From positions 192,001-256,000 of the forward strand of contig CAXXSL010000001.1 of assembly GCA_963675525.2 (NCBI GenBank): a stretch of 64,000 nt of DNA. The letters are read 5' to 3'. A program made the translations under genes and the position numbers. The first letter of the stretch is position 1. Each line of letters starts with the position of its first letter. Positions 58,214 through 64,000 of the stretch are shown here, one piece after another. This stretch comes from Anaerohalosphaeraceae bacterium (GTDB lineage Bacteria > Planctomycetota > Phycisphaerae > Sedimentisphaerales > Anaerohalosphaeraceae). The notes under the pieces are model-generated. The model worked only from the letters and a program-made list of their open reading frames with translations. It had not been told where the DNA came from and did not search any database.

Positions 58214-59338
58214 ATGGAAATGAAAGTCAATTTATCGCGTCCGGATATTACCGAGGCTGAAATCGAAGCGGTTAGCGAGGTGCTCCGCAGCCCGAATCTT
58301 TCGCTGGGGCCTAAATTACGCCAGTTTGAACAGGCGTTCGAGCAGTATATCGGCATCAAACATGCCGTGGCCGTTAACAGCGGAACCAGCGGTTTATTTT
58401 TGTGTACACAGGCCATGGGCTGGGGTCCCGGTGACGAGGTCATTACGACACCCTTTACCTTTATCGCCTCGGTGACGACGATCATGATGTCTGGTGCCAC
58501 ACCGGTGTTTGTGGACATTGACCCGGTCAGCCTGAATATGGATTCGGCCCTGATCGAGGCAAAGATCACCCACAAAACAAAAGCCATTCTTCCGGTAGAA
58601 GTCTTTGGAAACCCGGCGGGAATAGATCAAATATGCGAAATCGCAAAGAAGCACAATTTACCTGTCCTCGAAGACAGTTGTGAGGGATTGGGCTCAGAAC
58701 TGAACGGCAAAAAGGTCGGTACATTCGGAAAGATGAGTAACTTTGCTTTCTACCCGAACAAACAGATGACCACCGGTGAAGGCGGTATGATTCTCACCGA
58801 TGACGATGAACTGGCCGAGATGTGCATTTCTTTACGGAACCAGGGCCGGGGTCGCGGCGGCGGATGGCTGGCTCATGATCGGCTTGGATACAATTTCCGC
58901 ATCAGCGATATCAACTGCGCCCTCGGTATTGTCCAGCTTTCACGGATCGAAGAATTTGTCCGAAAACGTCAGGCTGTTGCGGACATGTATGCCCAGCTTC
59001 TTAAGGACGATTCGCGTCTGGTCATCCCGACGATTCCGTCCAACATCCGTATGAGCTGGTTTGTGTATGTCATTCGCATGGCCGAAGGCTATACCATGGA
59101 GCAGCGAAATACGCTTCTGCAGAAAATGCTGGACCGTGGCATTCAGGTCAGCAATTATTTCCCGCCGGTACACCTCCAGCCGTTCATTGCGGAAAAATAC
59201 GGTTGCAAGGAGGGGGATTGTCCGGTGACCGATGCAGTGGTCAAAAGCACCATGGCGCTGCCGTTTCACAACAACCTGACCGCCGAAGAAGTTGAGCTGG
59301 TCTGCAGCGAACTTAAGGCTTGTTTGAACGAAATTTAG
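58214..59338 (+). CDS. DegT/DnrJ/EryC1/StrS family PLP-dependent aminotransferase
   Basis: AVNSGTSGL, GDEVITTPFTFIAS, EDSCE.LG, FYPNKQMTTGEGGM and GYNFR. Start is 58214 or 58220. Confidence 0.93.
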   Translation: MEMKVNLSRPDITEAEIEAVSEVLRSPNLSLGPKLRQFEQAFEQYIGIKHAVAVNSGTSGLFLCTQAMGWGPGDEVITTPFTFIASVTTIMMSGATPVFVDIDPVSLNMDSALIEAKITHKTKAILPVEVFGNPAGIDQICEIAKKHNLPVLEDSCEGLGSELNGKKVGTFGKMSNFAFYPNKQMTTGEGGMILTDDDELAEMCISLRNQGRGRGGGWLAHDRLGYNFRISDINCALGIVQLSRIEEFVRKRQAVADMYAQLLKDDSRLVIPTIPSNIRMSWFVYVIRMAEGYTMEQRNTLLQKMLDRGIQVSNYFPPVHLQPFIAEKYGCKEGDCPVTDAVVKSTMALPFHNNLTAEEVELVCSELKACLNEI

Positions 59339-59600
59339 GGGTGTCGACAGCTCGTTTTTTTGCTGGCGGACAGATCGTTTGAATTTTGAAAGAGCGGCTT
59401 TTTTATCGGTCTGCTTGGCTGCTGTTAACCGCATATCCAGGGGGCTCCATAAAACCTTAAATTTTCATATTATTAGGCCGGAATATGGCCGGCTCGATTT
59501 GCTTTGCGCGCATTTATATCCTAACTTATACATGAGAGGCTAAGGCAGCAACAGGGGCTTTGGCAGAAGAGAAAAAGATGTTTTCCGTGGGAGAAATAAG

Positions 59601-59903
59601 ATGGGCCAATGGCGGGGGAAAATCTTGTTTGCATTGATTCTCTACAGTGCGGGATTTGCGACGGCGATCTACATTTTAGCGCCTTCAAAATTCCAGGAAG
59701 TCAGCAGTCGGATCACAAATTCGGCCGCCGGAACACAGGACGGGACGGCGGAGCAGAATGGGTTTGATTCACAGGCCTGGGCGGCTTCGGTCAGAGTGGG
59801 GATGAGTAAAGCAAAAAGTTTCGCCGAGGAAAAAGCTTTGCAAGTTGCCGATACGGTAAAGACGCGCATGGAGCACAGTAAATTAACAAACAGCGGGGAC
59901 TGA
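59601..59903 (+). CDS. Small single-TM hypothetical protein
   Basis: GGGAGA RBS, ATG start and an N-terminal hydrophobic helix. Confidence 0.6.
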   Translation: MGQWRGKILFALILYSAGFATAIYILAPSKFQEVSSRITNSAAGTQDGTAEQNGFDSQAWAASVRVGMSKAKSFAEEKALQVADTVKTRMEHSKLTNSGD

Positions 59904-59996
59904 CCCCGCAGCCAAATCAGAGCATGACGTCTGTTTATTGGTATCGAGCGTTCACATCGGTGTGGCCCGGTATGAGGGGCACAAACGAACGTTAAC

Positions 59997-60045
59997 AAGT
60001 GCCGACCGCACTCTGTGGGTACGCGGTCGGCGCTTGCCTTTTTTT
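59997..60045. terminator. Probable bidirectional terminator
   Basis: GCCGACCGC...GCGGTCGGC stem followed by a T run, between convergent genes. Confidence 0.65.
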
Positions 60046-60052
60046 ATTTCCG

Positions 60053-60709
60053 TTAGTCAGTTTCCGGTTGCCAATCCACACCCTGGAGGGTTTGTCCGTT
60101 GCCGGTTTTGGGTGGGGGTGTTTTTTCGGGTTTAGGAAGACCGAGCCGCTGACGGATCGATTCGGCGGCGATCACACGTGGATCATTGGGATCGGTGATA
60201 CCGAGTTTTTCGATTGTTTCCTCAAGTTTCAGCAGAGAGTCTTTATCACCGAATCTGGCGAGATATCCGGCGGCCCACTTTCTGACGGCAGCGGCCGTAT
60301 TCGGACTTTTCACAATGGTTGTCAGGCCGTTTGCGTCCTGATTACAAATCATCGTCCAGGCGGTCCGAATTTTTGCGATGAGCTGCTGTTTCTCCGTGCC
60401 GGTGACATTTTCTTCTTCGAGAATCTGCCGGATCACCTCTTTATCGGGATGATAGGCAAAAGGGTCCCGGCTGATAAAGGCCGAGTCGATTGTCCAGAAA
60501 AGCGCCCCGACAACGATCAGAAAACCCGCGGCGATGGCCAGTTTGCGAAAATACACACTCGTCGGCTCATCCGAATCGGCATAACGGTCCCGATTGTCAT
60601 ACGCATCAAAAAGTTCCTGTTCCAGTTGTTCCCGATGGCCCTCACGGGGCTCATCATCGAACCGGATCGAATCGACGTACTGTTCGAATTTTTTTTCGTC
60701 GTTACTCAT
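60053..60709 (-). CDS. Putative membrane-anchored anti-sigma factor with HEAT-like repeat
   Basis: Overlaps the ECF sigma stop. Acidic N-domain (H.EQLE..L), one TM (LAIAAGFLIVVGALFW) and VRKWAAGYLARFGD. Confidence 0.65.
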   Translation of the reverse strand: MSNDEKKFEQYVDSIRFDDEPREGHREQLEQELFDAYDNRDRYADSDEPTSVYFRKLAIAAGFLIVVGALFWTIDSAFISRDPFAYHPDKEVIRQILEEENVTGTEKQQLIAKIRTAWTMICNQDANGLTTIVKSPNTAAAVRKWAAGYLARFGDKDSLLKLEETIEKLGITDPNDPRVIAAESIRQRLGLPKPEKTPPPKTGNGQTLQGVDWQPETD

Positions 60710-61301
60710 ACCAGCACAATCCTTCAGGGGCTTGCTGTTGGTGAATTTTATATTCCTGTTTTAACTTATTCAGGGCTCTGGCCAGTTGGCTTCGCACGGT
60801 GGCCGGTTTCATGTCCAGTATTCGGCCGATCTGCTCGCTGTTAAGGCCCTGAAAGAACCGCAGGCTGATGACGTCCTGATGTCCCGGCTTTAAGGTGCCG
60901 ATGGCCTGTTTCAAAAATGCCAGCTTTTGGGCATTATCTTCTTTATCGCTGCAATCGGCCTCAACATTCTGCTCTTCGGGTGTATATTGCTCCTGAAGCT
61001 TCTCATAGGCCCGGGTCTGCCTGCCGGACTGGCGAAAATAGCTGTTGATTTCGTTGCACGCGATTCGAAACAGCCAGCAGCGAAACGCGGTTTCGTCCCC
61101 CATAAACGTATCAAATTTTCGGATCATTTTCATGAAAACCTGTGAGGTAATGTCTTCTGCTGTGTCCCGGCCGGGAAGCCGCCGGGCGCAGTATCGGAAG
61201 ATCTCGTCGTAATGCCGACGAAAAAGGGTTGCAAATGCCGTCCTGTCCGAGCGAGCCGACTCGATCAAACAGGCTGAAGCTGCTTCGTCTGTTGTACTCA
61301 A
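60702..61301 (-). CDS. ECF-type RNA polymerase sigma factor (sigma70 family)
   Basis: AEDITSQVF, F..WLFRIA.N and LRFFQGL..EQIG.IL.M...TVRSQL.RAL..LK. Confidence 0.93.
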   Translation of the reverse strand: MSTTDEAASACLIESARSDRTAFATLFRRHYDEIFRYCARRLPGRDTAEDITSQVFMKMIRKFDTFMGDETAFRCWLFRIACNEINSYFRQSGRQTRAYEKLQEQYTPEEQNVEADCSDKEDNAQKLAFLKQAIGTLKPGHQDVISLRFFQGLNSEQIGRILDMKPATVRSQLARALNKLKQEYKIHQQQAPEGLCWYE

Positions 61302-61436
61302 TGCACCAATTCTTGAACGAACTGTCTTTGATTAAGGGTCTCATCATAAATTCAAACGCCCCAAAACGCAAGCTGTGAGGGTAAAATATTGATAATTGTA
61401 AATTTTATAGTACCGATTGTATCATCCTTTTTAAAA

Positions 61437-61948
61437 ATGGGTTCGGTTTGGGTTCGGTTTGGGTTTGATTGGGTTCGCGTGGCGCTATTAAAAAGGGGGG
61501 TGTTGCCTCCGTTAGGGGGTTTGAGTGCAGTATAATGCATTGCTGTCGAGGGGCTACTTGGGGCTTAAATTGGGTTCGTTTTTTTGGGGGTTGACGGGGT
61601 AAAAAGGCAGTCCATCGTCTATAGTCCTTAGTCTATGGATAAAAATCGTGGATTTTGGGCTGAAAACGGGGTGCGAGAGTAGGGGGTACTTGGGGCCTAA
61701 ATTGGCTTTGGTTTGGGTTTGGTTTGGGTTCGTATTTGTAGGGGAAGTCCTTAGTCCATGGTCTTTAGTCTTTAGGGAAAAAACGTTTACGGTGATTTTG
61801 CTTGCTTGAAAATTGGGTTCGTTTTGTAAAAAACAGTCTTGAGACTTTAGACCTTAGTCCTCAGGGATCTGATTTCCTCCGGATGGCTATTTAAATAGAT
61901 CCTTCGACTGCGCTCAGGATGACGTGATTGGGTTCGTTTTGAAAAAAA
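61437..61948. repeat. Patterned non-coding repeat array (TTGGGTTCG motifs with 4x7-bp AGTCYWT blocks)
   Basis: TTGGGTTCG near 61448, 61469, 61570, 61724, 61813 and 61928. Heptamer quadruplets at 61609-61636, 61746-61773 and 61835-61862. Confidence 0.75.
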
Positions 61949-62227
61949 GCATTGTTTTAAAATACTAACTTCCCTTTGAATTGACACTTTGGGCGGGATT
62001 ATCGTGTCGCTGCCGCTCCATGCTTTTGTTCGATTCTTCAGTCAATTTTCAAATAACACTTCAATTTTCCTGCCGCCGCCAAGGCTATGGCACGGCAAGG
62101 CGTATTATACCATAAGTTAGATGAATGTCAAACAAAATGTAATTTTAAGTTCTTAATTTTTTTGTTTTGAATTGAGGAAGCCCTTCGGGCGGGTATTTAA
62201 ACAGATCCCTCGACTGCGCTCGGGATG
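61888..62227 (+). repeat. 34-bp REP-like direct repeat pair (61888-61921 and 62194-62227)
   Basis: TATTTAAATAGATCCTTCGACTGCGCTCAGGATG versus TATTTAAACAGATCCCTCGACTGCGCTCGGGATG (31/34 identical). Confidence 0.8.
62104..62131 (-). promoter_or_regulatory. Consensus sigma70 promoter firing leftwards into the repeat array
   Basis: Minus strand TTGACA-16 bp-TATAAT with a TG extended -10. Confidence 0.72.
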
Positions 62228-62544
62228 GCCTGCGGTCATTTTTTTGGTTTTCTCTTGTTTTGGGGGGGAAATGGGGGGGGGTATAATTGGGGGGCATCTT
62301 TGAAGAAGGACATTTTCAACCACGAATGGACACCAATAAACGCTAATAAATGGGATTTATATAAACTATGAAGGTCTTGAAGGATTTTCACGCGAAACAG
62401 GGTTAGAGGGCGGCAATCCGAAGGACGAATGTCGATTGACGAAGGACGAATGTTAGTTAAGAACTCGGGAACTCAGGACAGGATTATGAATTTTGAATTA
62501 TTGGGAATGGCGGGAGAGGAGAAAAAGGTGTCTGACCCCTTTAA

Positions 62545-63009
62545 TTTATCCCGAACGATCCGACACTGCCAAGCGATCCCAATTTCATCGATCCGAATGA
62601 CTTTACAAACTGGAATCCTCGCTGTGATTTAAATGATGACTATCAGATAACGCTGCCCGACATTATCACATTTACCGATGATTGGCTGTGGGTCGCCTGT
62701 TGGAAGCTTGAGGAAATGACGGAAACGATGATGATGTTTGATAGCGGGGAAAACATGCTGTCGCTGCCGGGAAGTGCCATTTCCTTTCAAACTGTTATTC
62801 CCTCGCAGGCGCCGAATCCAGCAGTCGAGGAAATGTCCATCGAACAGCAGATACTCAACTTGCAGGACACGATTGTATTCCTTGAAAAAATCTGGCTTGA
62901 AGACCCGGCAATTCAGCAGGAAATCGACGCTAAGGACTGGCAGGAATTCATGGATTCGGTCTATCAGAGCCTGCTTGAGTTCCAGATTGATTCTATCCAG
63001 TTAGAGTGA
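62545..63009 (+). pseudogene. 5'-truncated C-terminal fragment of a dockerin-like-domain protein
   Basis: The frame is open from 62545 (PNDPTLPSDPNFIDPNDFTNWNPRCDLNDDYQITLPDI..F.DDWLW) and runs into ORF 62716-63009. There is an in-frame stop at 62542, and no start codon or RBS precedes the dockerin part. Confidence 0.65.
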
Positions 63010-63014
63010 AATCC

Positions 63015-63043
63015 TTGACTTAACGACATGAAAAGTGTATAAT
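63015..63043 (+). promoter_or_regulatory. Sigma70-type promoter for the PEP-CTERM gene
   Basis: TTGACT-17 bp-TATAAT, 5 bp after the fragment's stop. Confidence 0.75.
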
Positions 63044-63111
63044 TCAGTTTAAACAACGCCGTGTGCGGATTTTGATTCTGTACACGGCATTCAATCAAAG
63101 AACGGAGATAT

Positions 63112-63723
63112 GTGATGAAGAAGAGAGCTGGTTTTTGTCTTTTATTTATTCTTTGCCTTCCGATGGTCTTTGCCGGATATACCGACGGCTATATCGCAGA
63201 TGGTGAATACGAATGGGGCGTTGATTGGCTTAGTGGTTTACTTATTGTCGATGAGGGAGGGGCTCAGGAAATCTCAGTAAGGAATTCTGCTCGTTTGGAG
63301 GTTTTGTCAACAAGTACACCACTAGCACTCGGCGTGGGCGGGATAATGGATATCGGGCTTAGGGATTATAGTCATTTGGATTATTATGGTGGCCAAACAC
63401 AAGAACTCACGGTACGCCAGAATGCCACGGCCAATCTTTACGGTGGGCGAATTGATGGCATCTCCAGTTTTCAATATACCACAACGACACACATAAATCT
63501 TTATTGTCAGCCCGGCTGGTCGTGGATTTTGGACGGCACACAGAAAAAAATCGGCATTATGGGTTTGTGGGAAGACAACACCAGCTTTAACATCAGTTTT
63601 ACTACCAACGGAGAATACTTCGGTTACCCACCCGTCTGGACTAATATCAACATCGTCCCCGAACCGGCAACGTTGACTTTGTTGGGGCTGGGTACTCTGT
63701 TGATGCGAAAACGGAAACGGTAG
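63112..63723 (+). CDS. PEP-CTERM sorting domain protein (paralogue of 9880-10467)
   Basis: Signal peptide and VPEPATLTLLGLGTLLMRKRKR. Shares GGI..., A...L.GGRID.I.S.Q, HI..., G.W and GLW.....F.I with 9880-10467. Confidence 0.9.
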   Translation: MMKKRAGFCLLFILCLPMVFAGYTDGYIADGEYEWGVDWLSGLLIVDEGGAQEISVRNSARLEVLSTSTPLALGVGGIMDIGLRDYSHLDYYGGQTQELTVRQNATANLYGGRIDGISSFQYTTTTHINLYCQPGWSWILDGTQKKIGIMGLWEDNTSFNISFTTNGEYFGYPPVWTNINIVPEPATLTLLGLGTLLMRKRKR

Positions 63724-63911
63724 GCAGATTCCATATTGTTTGCCGCCGCGATGAGCGATTAGCGAACGGCAAACATCAAACAGTTCTGCCGGAATAAACA
63801 ATGAGTATAAGCCGAGTGCGAAAATGTGCTCAGCTTTTTTCATGAGCCGAATGGTACGCCCGACCCCTTTTATTTCCCTGGCGAGACAAGTTGCCGAATG
63901 AGGATTGTTTT

Positions 63912-63931
63912 ATTCGACCCCTGCGGGGTCG
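63912..63931. repeat. Hairpin matching the inner end of the tnpA element arms
   Basis: ATTCGACCCCTGCGGGGTCG versus ATTCGACCCCTTTAGGGTCG at 54321-54340. Confidence 0.6.
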
Positions 63932-64000
63932 GGGGTTGTGTGATTGTTTTCCCTTTGGGCTTGTGGAATTTTTTGATATTTATGTCGCCCGCTGCGCGGG

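Noticed and set aside
59999..60844. 281-aa plus-strand ORF
   Set aside because: Overlaps the better-supported ECF sigma/anti-sigma pair on the opposite strand.
61780..61791. Third LacI operator (AAAACGTTTAC)
   Set aside because: Imperfect, inside the repeat array and 46 kb from the regulator, with no sugar gene nearby.
61437..61948. CRISPR array
   Set aside because: The repeats are short (9-12 bp), degenerate and irregularly spaced, the intervening DNA is itself repetitive, and there are no cas genes in the window.

Overview
Bacterial chromosomal window. It is most likely from a Planctomycetota (Phycisphaerae/Sedimentisphaerales-like) genome; this is an inference from dockerin-like C-terminal tails, several PEP-CTERM proteins, a prepilin/H-X9-DG protein and an Hc1-like protein. 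About 3.4-39.9 kb is a large xylan/hemicellulose utilisation region with no SusC/SusD pair. It holds xylR-xylB-xylA, a SASA esterase, CBM22-GH30 and CBM22-GH10 xylanases and a LacI regulator with two perfect operators. It continues with a block of dockerin, PEP-CTERM and type IV pilin-like genes, GH67, a GPH transporter, GH10-GH43 and GH115-GH8 fusions, GH3, an internally duplicated secreted protein and PL11. The right third is mostly housekeeping: TonB receptor, RRM protein, UvrC-like, FabZ-like, Hc1-like, WrbA-like, LolA-like, HAD, LysR-gdhA-PEP-synthase-like, UDG, purMF, DegT and an ECF sigma/anti-sigma pair. Mobile DNA comprises an integrase relic, an IS3 relic and an IS200/IS605-superfamily (RAYT-like) tnpA flanked by long inverted repeats. 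The three most intriguing signals are: (i) the pilin/PEP-CTERM/dockerin module sitting where SusCD would be; (ii) a consensus promoter plus boxA-like motif firing into a patterned non-coding repeat array at 61.4-62.2 kb; (iii) two parallel 'orphan C-terminal fragment + promoter + PEP-CTERM gene' cassettes. No rRNA, tRNA or CRISPR array was seen. All family calls come from motif recognition by eye, not from database searches.
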